Of a DNA stretch of 64,000 bases, positions 23,140 through 35,588 are shown one piece after another. Below the pieces are notes generated by a model, which was given only the letters and a program-made list of their open reading frames with translations, was not told the DNA's origin and made no database searches. Made by a program: the position numbers and the translations under genes. Numbering within the stretch: the first letter of the stretch is position 1; the number at the start of each line of letters is the position of its first letter. The stretch is from positions 12,276,001-12,340,000 of the forward strand of contig NC_088861.1 in NCBI RefSeq assembly GCF_963853765.1. Direction: 5' to 3'. The stretch is from Magallana gigas. Lineage: Eukaryota.

Positions 23140-26100
23140 ATGTCATCTTTTTAAGATGCGGAAAATCAATATTCTTAAGACTTTAGGAAAGAAAGCTATA
23201 CAGAGCCGCAGAAATATTCCCACAATGCGAGAGAGAGACAAACACATAGCGACATCGCTAAATATAGACAGATACGTAGACAACTATATTTAAATGACGG
23301 GTTGTCCTGTACGAAGACTTTAATGGAGCATGACGGTCACCATCGACCTATAAAAGTTTATATCAAATTAATTGAGTTTCAAGGAGGCTGCTTTTCCAGC
23401 AGTGAGGATTTTTCTCTCTAAAAACGTTATTGAATGGTATTATAATAACTGGAATGAAGTTTCCACATAAAATTCTACATTACTATGTATATAACGTTTC
23501 ATTGAAAAATATACAAACAAAATATATAAAATTGTTTCTTATGCTTCATTTTTTTTTATCTGCGTCAGCTTTAGGGAAAAATAGCATAAAAAATTCATTG
23601 TCTGTAAAGCCATGAGCATGCACTAATCAATTCATTCTTTGAAGATATTCAATGAAGTAGACTTGATAATATTTAATATAACATACATTTGTATTATTTA
23701 ACATAAGTACATCAACAGTACAGTTAAATCATGTTAATAAGAAAAATTTTGGTTTGGGAGGGAGGGGAAGGTGGAAGGATTGTTGATCATTGTCGTGCCT
23801 TCACATTCCACAAAAGTAGAGTTTCAAAAAATTGGAGATGACATTATATTTTCCAATCCCAAGAAAAATCATAATAAAAAACTTTTAACATTTTTATTTA
23901 TTCATTGGAGGCCAGGTATCATTATCTAATTATTTTTAGATTGTTATGATGAATAGTTTCGCTCCTTAAACGATAGAGAAATGTGCCAAATTCCTGCACG
24001 ATGAAATAATTTGAAAACATGTTTGTTAAACAGGATAAACGTTTGGTAAACAAAATTCCTGGGTAAGGATTACCTACGCAGCAAAGACATCTATATATTT
24101 TCTGTGTTTGGGAATTTTACGATAATTTTACGATAAGATGATTAATTTTTACTTTGTGTGATCTATTGGAATATCTTACAAAACAACGCTAAAGTTTATA
24201 TAAACATTCAACTTTTCACAATAAAATAGCATTTAGTGTAGCAAAATATAAACTCATTAATATATAAATATTTTTTAATAAATGGGCTTCCAATTCTATG
24301 CTTATACAGTATTTGCGTCTTAATTATAAACAATACTGGGTCAAAGGCATCAACGAAATAAATAAAACTGAGATTTTTTTTATTTTTTGTGGGCCGATTG
24401 TAACCTTAGAACTACTTAGAACAATAATGACTTCATTTTTTATATATAGGGCGGTGAATATAGGGTATGATATGTGTTTGGTTTAGATATTCTGTTAAGA
24501 ATGGGACCCGGCGAAGACTTTATCTAGAATTAAATTGTATGATGTTACACTTATAATTCATTTTTCATCATCTGCAAAGATTGCAATGTATCTAATGGAA
24601 TATTTAACAACATAATAAATGATCGAAGTACTCATATGGTTTTCTCTTTATCCTATCTGTATATAACTTCTCTATACTCAGCAACAACATCATTCCTTTT
24701 AAATGTCCTCATTACGATCATCTAATAATCTTTTGCAGCAAACTTTGGTTTGAGGATTGTAACATTGGGGGGGGGGGGGAATATGTGTCTATCTTATATT
24801 TGAATAGCTTTACTTTTGGAATCGGGGGGTTTTTTAAATTAAAAATACATATACGACGTATAATATTCATGTTTTGCTTTTACATGTAAAGTACCTATGT
24901 ATGCAGTAAAATGTAAAAAAAAGAATTAATGTTCAATATGATTTTATTTTATTGTTTTCATAGTGATTATAAAAAAGAAAGTGACGCATGTTCCTTATAA
25001 CGAAGACTGCTAACTATCCTTAAATCTGTCTATTTTCTCTAAATGCCTTTAAAGTTACAATTCTTTCATTGAAAGTCATATTGTATTATTCATTATCGAC
25101 TAAAGCTATATATGTAGATACATGTGGACAAATAAAAACTCTTAGTGACGTAAGTACCCATTGAGCAAAGTAAAAAATTCTTTTTTTTATATTAATTTTG
25201 ACCTATTTTTTTGCTTCTCATAATGTTTAAGTATTTTCATTTTTCAATAAAATTACTATTCGCATACCAATCTTATTGCATTAGAATGAAAAGTATTGAA
25301 AGATTTAAATGAAAATAACATGACTTTCGTTGTTTATAATTTGAATTTAAACTACTTAACATTTAATACTATAAATGAAGTCATCAATTTTTTTTTAGAT
25401 GTTAGTAGTATTTTTTCTATTTTTGAACAAAGAAATTTCCTGTTCTATTCATGTAAATGTTCCTATGAATAAATAAAAGTAACCGTTCCTCTCCGATCAC
25501 TTACTGCAGGTGTTAAAAGGGTGTGGTGACGATTACAGCTGATAATGGTCAATTGTATTTTCCCTTTAAATGCTGTCAAAGATTTTAACAACCTGGACTG
25601 ATAGGATGTTATCAATTTTTAAAAAAACTAAGATGTTTAAAGGGCCTACATAATAAGCGTTGTAAACCGAGGTCAATATGTATCCAGTTATGACGCCGGG
25701 CCGTGGATTAGACGTTCCAATTCATATTCTTAACGTTTCAATAATTTCAAAGAATTGATCCAAATGAACTTAAAATAAGCTTTTCAAATGATGAACAAAA
25801 ACAAGATATGGAGGTAATTTTTTCCGGGGGGGGGGGGGGGGGTAAAATAAGCCTTGGCCTTCAGAACTGTTTGTTTACATATGTTTTATCAATCAAATCA
25901 GTTTTACACCTTGGTTTTCTTCATATGATTTACTTTTAGAAATGACTTTCCCACCAGAGATCAGACCTGCTTTATATTTTCGTACGGTTTTCCCCTTTAT
26001 TATTTATAGAACAGATGGATAAAGACTAGTCAAGCCGATTGTTCAACAGGATTGTTTCATGATGAATAATGTACATGTAGATGTAGCATGTTTGTTTGAC

Positions 26101-26870
26101 CCGAGAATATCACACAGTTGAATACTTCTAAATAAAGACATTCAATTTCCAAGTTTATTTTAAAAACTTAGCCATGCTAAATATAGATAATATTAGTAAT
26201 AATTGATGGTTTTTCTTGAAATCATTACCAACAACTTCATAATATGTATAATACAATGTACCCAGTTGATCAAAAGATAAAGAAAAATTAAAGAAAGCAT
26301 AATGGAATTAAACAGCGCAGATTTTTACAATTATTTCTGAAATCTGAACTCTCGTTTCGAATCTTAAACAAAACAAATGCCTCTGAAGGCTCACTTAATT
26401 TCAAAATATTATGGATAATAATAGATCAACAAAATAGCAGATAAAATGTTTTCTTAAGGCTAAGCATGAGCATTGCAAAACGAATCATACATCTACATGG
26501 ATCGTCTACAGTTTCGATGTTTTCAAAAATAACACCCCCCCCCCACACACACACTTAGTCTTTGATAATCACACAATGTTCTTCTGGTTCAACTTTCATT
26601 TTATCTGTAGAATAAACAATTTCTGGTTTTTAATTATTTTGACACAATGAAGTTTTATCTTACAAATCTTTCAGTGCCCACACAGTTTCTTCATATCACG
26701 GTGTGGGGCGAGGATACGAGATTTGTAAATTTTGGAAAGTCCCTTGCCTTCTTCACGAACTTGGTCTGGTTGCGGGTTCCTGACGCGATATGTGTCAGGG
26801 CCCAGGAAGTCTAACTGCAGTTTGGGCCTTCTTTCAGTTACAACTCATCTAAAAAATGACTTGGTTTTTG
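23140..26870. repeat. Segmental duplication, copy A (matches ~44610-47797; its right part also matches 34430-35900 and 50050-50350)
   Basis: Collinear anchors: atgacgggttgtc/gagcatgacggtcaccatcgacctataaaag (23290 and 44760), gaagatattcaatgaagtagac (23640 and 45087), ccgatcacttact.caggtgttaa (25495 and 46572), tagtcaagccga (26028, 47012, 34560, 35030). Confidence 0.9.
26671..26828 (-). pseudogene. Dead copy of importin-alpha exon 63208-63380 (copy A)
   Basis: The reverse complement reads ...SWALTHIASGTRNQTKFVK.. versus [20 protein letters not shown] in the live gene. Indels and stops present. Confidence 0.88.
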
Positions 26871-27470
26871 TTCTTTCTAGAGGAAATCTATGTCATTTTT
26901 TTTGCAAACTTTGCTAAATATTCCATAGAATAAATAATGAAGAAATTCTAAGTTAAAGCACAACTTTTTTATGAAAGTCCGTCTTAAATTTTGAGTTTTT
27001 GTTTTAAGTATATCTTTCTTCCTAAAGCTTCTAGAACATGCATACTCCCATTTCGGTCCATCAACTCACTCAAGAGGAAGTCTTATATTAGAAACTTCTA
27101 TTAATTGTAATTTCTGTACTAACAGTTTATGTATTAACTATATGATGAAATACAACAAGACATATGAAGTTAAAGTTAACTTTGTTGTTTATTTCGAAAG
27201 GCATTAGATTACAAAATGGGGGTATTTTAAAGCTATGAATAAAACTCAATCAACATATTCATACAATATTTTAATAGGTTACATGTTAACACATTTTGAG
27301 GCATTTTCATGCAATCAAGAATGCACATATATGTTCTTTCAAATACTATTGACATATTTTGCATAAAAACACATGAAAACATCCATGAGACATAACAGAT
27401 ATTTGATGATTAAAAACATGATATATAAATGCATTAACAATGTAACAAATGGCTGTGTAGTGTGTAGTAG

Positions 27471-27611
27471 TTACCCCATATAATATTGTTGGTTATGTGC
27501 AGATACCCGATGGGCGTGGTCATAATGACACGAGGGAGCGTAGCTCCCGAGTGTCGTTATGACCACACCCATCGGGTATCTGCACATAATCAGCAATATT
27601 ATATGGGGTAA
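27471..27611. repeat. 141-bp near-perfect palindrome (69-bp arms, GTA loop) at one end of a ~1.1-kb insertion (~27455-28598)
   Basis: Arms 27471-27539 and 27543-27611 have 6 mismatches. The whole ~1.1-kb segment is absent at the homologous site in copy B (~36470-36490). Confidence 0.9.
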
Positions 27612-29130
27612 GTTACTTGTACCATATACATTATATCTTATTATTACAGTAATATCGGGAGTGCACTTGCCTCTAAACAATACGGTGTCAATGCGCTGAT
27701 CTTTAAATACAGACTAAGTACAATGTACTTCGTGAATTTCCAAAATGACTTTCTATCCCCGACAAACATTTATCAGTCTTCATTTTTTTTTAAATCATAG
27801 TTATAATGAATAGATCGACTTCTCATTGTTATATTTTTATTTCATATTCATTCATTTTCCGACTTCTAGTATCGATATTTGCTCCAAAGAATTAAATTTA
27901 TTAAAACAATATTATTTGTACGAACCCTAAATTGTGCAATGCTTCTGTTTAAATAATTGAAATTAAATTTAAATTGATGAAGGTTATTAGTTTTTCAAAA
28001 TCTTATTTGATACTCTGTATCAATGTATGTTTTTTTAAAGTTGCTGAAAAATCATGTACATGTACATATATATTTTAAACAAAATCAATCAATAAGCAAA
28101 AAAAAAAAATTTTTTGAGAAATGCATGTCGCGAAACCGTGAACGGTTAATGTCAAATTCGATTGGCTACCGCTATTCACTCTGTCCACAAAACAAGTTTT
28201 CTATTCAAACGCTTTCCTATCACGTGATTGACTTTCTATGAAACCCTTAAACAGGATACCCCTATTTCATTTCACGCGTTTCTGTACTTGTCCGCAAACA
28301 TGGAGAGGAATATTAAAATAGGGTCTTTCTGACAAAGCCATTGCCGATATTGCTTTGTCTCGAGCTAAAAATGAGATTTATACGACGAACTAAGTAAGTC
28401 GAGTCATTTATCAGTGTTGAGTTTTGGCAATTTTGATCTGAAAGAACCCCTTACTGTTGAGTGTTATGGACGTGCTAAAGAACAACTTTGTTGATGTTGC
28501 TTTTACTTGAGATAGTGGATGGAGTTTAAAAAAAAGTGTGGGGTATGTACATATAACCCACACTTTCAACAAAAGAAAACTCGCCAAGCTATGGTACAAC
28601 TGTGCGCTAGATAATAATCACTTGGTTCTCTACTTGCAATTTACAACAAAACATCTTCAATTTTTTTTTTAAAATTCACTCTTTGCCTTTTGCCTAGCTA
28701 TTCTTTGCAATTGAATAAAGCTCAATTTATAAATATCTTATCCAGCAATAAATACGCAGCAAGAATACTTTGATCAAATGAATTTTGGTGATTCATTATC
28801 TTATCATTACGTCTTTGATCTGTCTGGCACACGTTTATTTTCCATTGCAAATCCAATCTTTCCGGGATTCAACTGTCTCAATTTGGTTGAAAACATTCAC
28901 GGATAAACAGAATGGTTTTATCTTAGTAAGTATTTTTCATGAAATATTACTCTGCTTTTTCTTGTATTTTATCAAAGTTGTTTTCCTACTGTGCTTTGAA
29001 ACTGGACTTTCTTTACTTTACAACAATTGATTTATAAATTCATACATTTCGTATTATGAATTCCTTTCGTTGATACTAATATTAATGTTGGTGCGATGGG
29101 GTCATTGTTTGTGCTAACTGTACATCGTAA

Positions 29131-30745
29131 TCATAATAGTCCACGTAAGATTTTATGAATGCTTTGGACAATGTAACTACTACAGCTTTTGAATTACCTT
29201 TTTACTATTTGCATGATTTTTCTTCCTGATTAAAGAAAAGAGGTCGCTGTCTCCAAGACGAACAATATTCTGTAAAGAATGGAAAACGATATTTCGTTAG
29301 AAGTAAGAATTACTTTCTTTTTGATTTGTCAATATTAGTACAATTACTGGGTATCAGAAAAGTGTGTTGTTCTTTTTTACTTGGAACATTAGAGGAGTTA
29401 TAGATGTTTGCTTTCACTGTTACATCCAAATATGAAATTTAAAGTTGCACACTTAAAGTAGTCCGAGTATCGCACTACGTCATAATACGGATTTTACAAT
29501 ATTGGTTCGACTTTTACAAAGCGTTTTAGATACCCGGTATTGATTTTGCTCTACATCGCTGTTGTAAACAATGGCAATAATAAGCAATTAGAACGGTAAT
29601 ATATGTATTCTATGAGAGATAGAAATGATTAATGTTGAGAAACTCGATTCTGTTAAAGTAAAATGAAAAACGAAGTTGCTGATTAACCAGGATCTCAGGT
29701 ATGCTTATATCTTCTTTGTTTTGACCCCCCCCCCCTCCCGAATTTTTCTTTTCCTTTTACTAAAACCGGTTTAAATTTAGAGACAGAAGCTATTTCAAAT
29801 TTAATCAATTGTCAACTAATTAATGTTTAAATGATATCTGACATTGTTGACAGATCTAGGCAGAAAACTGTAGCAAAATGTGATTTTTACGGATTTTTTC
29901 GTCAGGGTCTACTTGGTTTAGAGCTTATAGCGTGAAAAGTAATCCGTCAACATATGATTTATTTTACCAAATCTTTTTTCTAAGATGTCAATCTATAGAA
30001 TAAACACCATGAATTTAAGTTTGAGTCCATAAAATAGTAAAAAAATTACCAAACGCGATACTAGCGTTGCATTTTTTGTATTCCTTTTTGATACATCAGG
30101 TCCATAAAGCGTACTTACTTACAAAAACTTGCGCAAAATTATTGATGAGATATGGCTTAAATAAATATTTATACTCTATTTTGTATGTTCAGTTCTAATT
30201 TTCCCAAAATTGGTAATCATTTTTAGGAAAAACGAACGTCTGCCAAATTTCATAATTGTCAATAATTTTCGCAAGGGGGTACACCCGTCTGAGAGGTGAT
30301 AACAAACAAACTAGCATGTAAACATACATATTTTCTTTTGTATATGTATTGCTAGAATGTATATTTATCATTTAAAGCTAAGCTTTTAATGATTGAGCCC
30401 ATTTAGTGCCGAGTATAGGACTACCTTAAGTTGGATACTTTCATAGGATTTTCGATTTTTAATATTAAACCTGAAAATAAATGATTAAAAATAGATTATA
30501 TTAACTTAATAACATATGTAAAAAGAACAATGTGAAAGCCTAGTATAAACTTACATTATCACGTTATAAAGCACTATACGGGTACACTCATGTAATACGT
30601 ACCTGACTGTGAAAATGCTTTTTTTTTTTAGATATTTTGATAAGATGTCACTAATAGAGATGTAAACTGGCGTTATCTGTATAAAAAGAAAAATGACGAT
30701 TGGTAAGCTATATTTTACCTCTTACTCCACACACGTCTTATTGCT
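29131..30745 (-). pseudogene. 3' remnant of a galaxin-NTR gene (last exon plus a scrap of the penultimate exon)
   Basis: 29131-29452 plus 30430-30470 align to last exon 36997-37355. There is a TCA>TAA stop, a +1 frameshift (acgaaatatcg versus acggatatcg) and an interrupting 969-bp element. The acceptor site is retained at 30471-30472. Confidence 0.88.
29457..30425. mobile_element. Non-autonomous DNA transposon with TTAA TSD (Kolobok-like termini)
   Basis: TTAA at 29453-29456 and 30426-30429. Termini AGTAGTCC...GGACTACC with longer imperfect TIRs. The paralogous exons have a single cttaag at this site. RR...YY ends plus a TTAA TSD is the Kolobok signature. Confidence 0.8.
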
Positions 30746-30804
30746 TTAATTTTTTCTCTGCTCTTGTTTTGTATGTATTTACATTTTCTTTTGCTTGCTG
30801 TTAA

Positions 30805-30930
30805 CAGAATATCAACTGTCTTTATACGCGCAGTTCTATGTTTTCATTTCTCGATGTAGTTTTCCCGAATTTATGAAAAATCAGTGATTATTAAGATTAT
30901 AAGCAGAACCTATGTATTGCGACAGGTACA
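30805..30930. repeat. ~130-bp segment present three times (also ~32700-32850 and ~48600-48740)
   Basis: Shared cagaat.tcaactgtc...cagttctat.ttttcattt...gaatttatgaaaaatcag...gtattgcgacaggta. Confidence 0.8.
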
Positions 30931-30954
30931 ATACTCGTGCCGTTCTTTTACAAG

Positions 30955-31085
30955 ATAAACGATAGGATTGAATTCACGCATGATAGGAAAGGATTAACGC
31001 ACGATGGAACAGTATACAGGCACGGTAAGATAGGATTAACGCACGATGGAGCAGTATACATGCACGATAGGATAGGGCTGATACA
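30955..31085. repeat. Short imperfect minisatellite (ggattaacgcacgatgga.cagtataca)
   Basis: Two near-exact ~42-bp units plus degenerate flanking units. Confidence 0.7.
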
Positions 31086-31277
31086 CGAACACACTGATAA
31101 TGGCAGACTTTGAGAAAGAACACCTACGAATAAAGATTTACGTGGAATTTTTTTAGTAACAATTGCCGAGTTGTTAATCATCGCTGCATCATTTATAGAA
31201 TGCATAAAAATGACCAATTAATTTTTTAAACTAAAATTATGAGCTTAAATGATCAATAAATGTTCTGTATTGTTAAT

Positions 31278-31700
31278 ATTGTTTTCATTACCGAACACCC
31301 TAGACGATCGCCGCGAATATTTCAGCAGGAGATCAAATCATACAAAAAATTGCGGGTTCAGTTATATAAATCCAACTCTTGTTTAAAGTAAATATAAAAT
31401 CTATCATAAATGTATTTCTTTCTGTATAAGAAAATGATGCATTAAAAACGAATTATTACATACAAGTATAGATATTTACGCAGATACACATTCCGCGTAC
31501 GATTTGTAAACATTGTTTTCATTACCACAAACCGTAGCCGATTGCCGAGAACATTTCAGCCTGAAATCAAATATCACTTGGAAAATAACGAGTTCAATTA
31601 AAATACAGCTCGGGTTTTAATTAAATATAAATTATATCATAAATACTTTTGTTTCTGTAAACAATGATGCAAAAAAAATCTATTGCATAAAAGTTAATGT
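31278..31700. repeat. Diverged local tandem duplication (period about 233 bp)
   Basis: attgttttcattacc...atttcagc...aatcaaat occurs at ~31279 and ~31512. Confidence 0.7.
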
Positions 31701-31954
31701 TTAAGCAGGTATACACTCTGCATACGATTTAATATATTCAATATACAGGTAAATATGTTACCTTGTTCCTAAGAACTTCGATAGATTACATAATTTTTTT
31801 TATTTTCAATCTTTACAGATATGATTTACATGTAATATTGGTTAATTTTGATCTAAAAAATTAAGAAATTAGTAGCATGATAGAATGCTCGATAGAATTT
31901 TACAATTCTTGTTCGATAAATATTTGTATACGGCGCACTGAACGACTTGCAACT

Positions 31955-34142
31955 TTGTAATAAAACCAATTAAGATCTCAATTCTTTGTCAACTGAACGA
32001 TGATCATTTAATGTTTTGTTTACATTTTGAGGACTGAATCTAAATGCTAATATATAATAAAGTTAATGTAACTAAGACTTACACTGTTTATGTGTGTTTA
32101 TAATGAAATAGCCAATAAAAATATCTGTTTTAAACAGAACTTGTGCCAGAATAATTAACAAATGTTATCAAAAGCAGAGCATGAGACTTAAACAATCCAT
32201 TTTCAAATAAATTAAATATGAAATGAAAATTGATTACCAACAAACAAAAACTGGTTTTGATATGTCTGTCACTCAAATTTTGCTTTGGGGATAAATAAAC
32301 CCTTGGTAAGAATGAATAAAAAGTAATATTTAAAATGTATATCATCATGCTGTCATGTCTCGTTCACATGTAGTTCATCCTTTCTCCACTTCACAGGGTC
32401 TATTTTTCAAGGGGGACCCTCGATGTTTCCTCTGTTTTTACAACATGAAACGTCAACAAGGAAGTCATAATTTTACGTCAGTAATGCTAATTATAAAAAA
32501 TAGTCAACATATAGAATTCACTTTAGCCATACTGTGTACTCAAGACTTAAATTCACACAAAAAGGTTCTGTTTTGTGCCCTCTTTCCCCACTCTTAGTTT
32601 TTTCTGGTTATTATCGAAACTATATACTTAGATTCAAGTCATATTTTTAATATTTTATGTACAAATATTGTGCATACAATTGCTATTTCGCTGGCAGTTA
32701 TCAGAATGTCAACTGTCAGCTGTCTTTACTCGTATACACGCAGTTCTATATTTTCATTTCTTGATGCAGTTTTCCTAAATTCATGAAAAATTAGTGATTA
32801 TTTAGATAAGATTATAAAAGCAGAACATAGGTATTGTGACAGGTATCTCTATCTATAATTTTTAACAGGTACTTTCCGTTCAAACAGTGCTGTAGGCGAA
32901 AAACTGGGGATAGCGCTATACCCCTTTTTAAACATTAAAATTTGAAATATGAAATTAGGAAAAAAAATTAAGCTAAAATCGTGGATATATCCACTAGCTA
33001 TAAGCTGATGATTTGTGTTATGTATGCCGTTTTTACAAAAATTATTTATTGTTTTAATTGTTTGCAGTTTTTTTTTCGATAATGAATATCTAGAGTTACT
33101 TTTTAGGGGCAGGGTCACGATTAAAATGAAAATTGTATCATTTTATTTTATCATCATTTATGTTTTTAATTCTTTTTTAAGATATTTCCAATAATTTACA
33201 AGTTAAAACCAGTTTTGAACTCTCAATGCTTTGTCATCCAAACGAAGCTCATGTAATGTTTCGTTTACATTTTGAAGGCTGAACATAAAATGCCAATATA
33301 TGATAAAGTTATTGTAACAAAGACTAAAAGTGTTTATTTGTGTTTATATCAAACTAGCAAATTAAAAATATCAGTTTTAAACAGAACCTGTGCCAGAATA
33401 TTTAACTAATGTAATCAAATGCATAGCACGAGACTTAAACAATATATTTACAATAAGATAACTGTATTTAATATGTTATTTTCATTCAAATTTTGTTTGG
33501 GGATAAATAAACCCTTGGTAATAATGAATAAAAAGTCATATTTAAAAGTTCTCAACTCTTAAATGTGTATCATCATGCTGTCATGTCTCGTTCACATGTA
33601 GTTCACCCTTTCTCCACTTCACCGAGTCTTTCTCTCTCTGTTTTTACAACATGAAACGTCAACAAGGAAGTCACAATTTTACGTCAGTAATGCTAATTAT
33701 AAACAATAGTATACATATAGAATTCAATTGAGCCATACTGTGTACTCATGACTTAAAGGGGCATGGTCACGATTTTGGTCAATTTTTTTTTTTCGATTTT
33801 AATGTTTACAATGCTTCAGTAAGGCGTTTTGATAAGCAACCAACATTTGAGTGTCATTTGTTGATATATAAGCGAGTCACAGAGCATACAATTCTTCGCT
33901 ATGTAAACAAAGTGTTTGTTTACATTTTGAATGTTGAAGTAAAAATTTCAGTTTAAGTAAAAAATTGACCAAAATCGTGACCATGCCCCTTTAAATTAAC
34001 ACAAAAAGGTTTTCTCTTGTACCCAACCCCCCATCTTTCCCACTTTTTTTATTTATTTTTTTTTTTTTGGTTATTATTGAAATTATATGTTAAGAGCCAA
34101 GTTTAATTTTTAATATTTTATTTACAAATATTGTGCATGCAA
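31955..34142. repeat. Local duplication, ~31955-32690 versus ~33200-34142
   Basis: Shared catcatgctgtcatgtctcgttcacatgtagttca, tttacaacatgaaacgtcaacaaggaagtca and ataaataaacccttggtaa. The second copy carries an extra MITE. Confidence 0.88.
33757..33990. mobile_element. 234-bp MITE with TTAA TSD (Kolobok-like)
   Basis: TIR AGGGGCATGGTCACGATTTTGGTCAATTTTT, with its reverse complement at the right end. TTAA on both sides. The empty site gacttaaattcacac is present in the paralogous copy at ~32544. Confidence 0.92.
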
Positions 34143-34429
34143 TGTAAAACATTTAGATTACAAACCCGTCCGATGGAACTTGATATGAACTTTTCCCCAA
34201 TGATAAATTACCTTATCATATAATTTGATTCTATAAATGAAATTGTTTGATTGAGTACACGGGTACAATAATTCTTATATATGTTCAAACGATCAGAAAC
34301 CGTGCGCTGTCAATAAATTTTATCGAAGCCGATTCTAATCAAAACTGAGCATCTCTTTTTATTTTTTTTTTATATTATGGCTGATTAGTTTAAATGTTTT
34401 TATTTAATCTAAGCTATTGTTTTTACGAA

Positions 34430-35543
34430 TCACTTTCAGAAATGACTTTTCCCATCAGAGTTCAGATCAGATTTAAAACTATTATCTGCTTCAGTTTCCG
34501 TATGGTTTTCCCCGTTATCACTAATAGAACATATTGTTAAAAAATGGCATATTTCTGCTAGTCAAGCCGACTGTTCAATGGGATTGTCTCATGATGAATC
34601 ATGTACATGTAGCATGTTTGTTTGACCCAAGAATTTTACGCCATTGAACAGTTCTAAGGATAGATATTTAATTTCCAAGTTTATTAAAAAACCTAGCCAT
34701 TCTAGATTTTGATAGTAATTTTCAAACGATTGTTCTGAAAATGATTTAAACAACTTCATAATGTGCATAAACGGGAGGGGGTAATGTGCCCAATAGATCA
34801 AACGATAGAGAGAAAAGAAAGTTAAAAATGAAATTAAACAGCGGAGATTTTTACAATTATTTCTGAAATCAGAATTCTCGTTCCAAACCTAAACATAGCA
34901 AATGTCTCTATGAGGCTAACATAATAATCTGTTATTAATGTCTTACGTTTCCAACGTTAAACCTTATTGTTATTGCATTGTTTCTTTTTCACAATCCCTT
35001 CTATTATTTATAGAACAGATAAATAAAGACTAGTCAAGCCGAGTGTTCAATATATAGAAGTGTTTCATGATGAAAAATGTACATGAAGCATGTTTTGTTT
35101 GACCAAGAACTTCACACAATTAAACATTTCTAAATAAAGACATTCATTTTCCAAGTTTATTTTTAAAAAATCAGCCATGCTAAATATAGATATTCGTAAT
35201 TTTTGATCATTTTTCTCTAAATTTTACAAACAACTTCATAATGTGTATAAACAGGAGGAAAAAATAATGTACCCAATAGATCAAAAGATAAAGAAAAAAG
35301 AAAGAAAGCATAATAAAATTAAACAGAATGGCTTTTTACAATAATTTCTGAAATCTGAACTCTCGTTCCGAATCTTAAACAAAACAAATGTATCTAAAGG
35401 CTCACTTAATTTCAAAATATTATCGATAATAATAGATCGACAAAATAAAAGAAAAAATGTTTTAAGTCGAGGCATTGCAAAACGAATCAAACATCTATAT
35501 GGATCGTCTTTCGATGTTTTCGAAAATAACAACCCCCCCCCGC

Positions 35544-35588
<45 letters not shown>

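Noticed and set aside
26732-26917. + strand ORF MESPLPSSRTWSGCG.. and the similar + strand ORF 63199-63426
   Set aside because: Antisense shadows of the importin-alpha exon and its dead copy, not independent genes.
27471-27680. 69-aa ORF across the palindrome
   Set aside because: A by-product of the inverted repeat, with no coding features.
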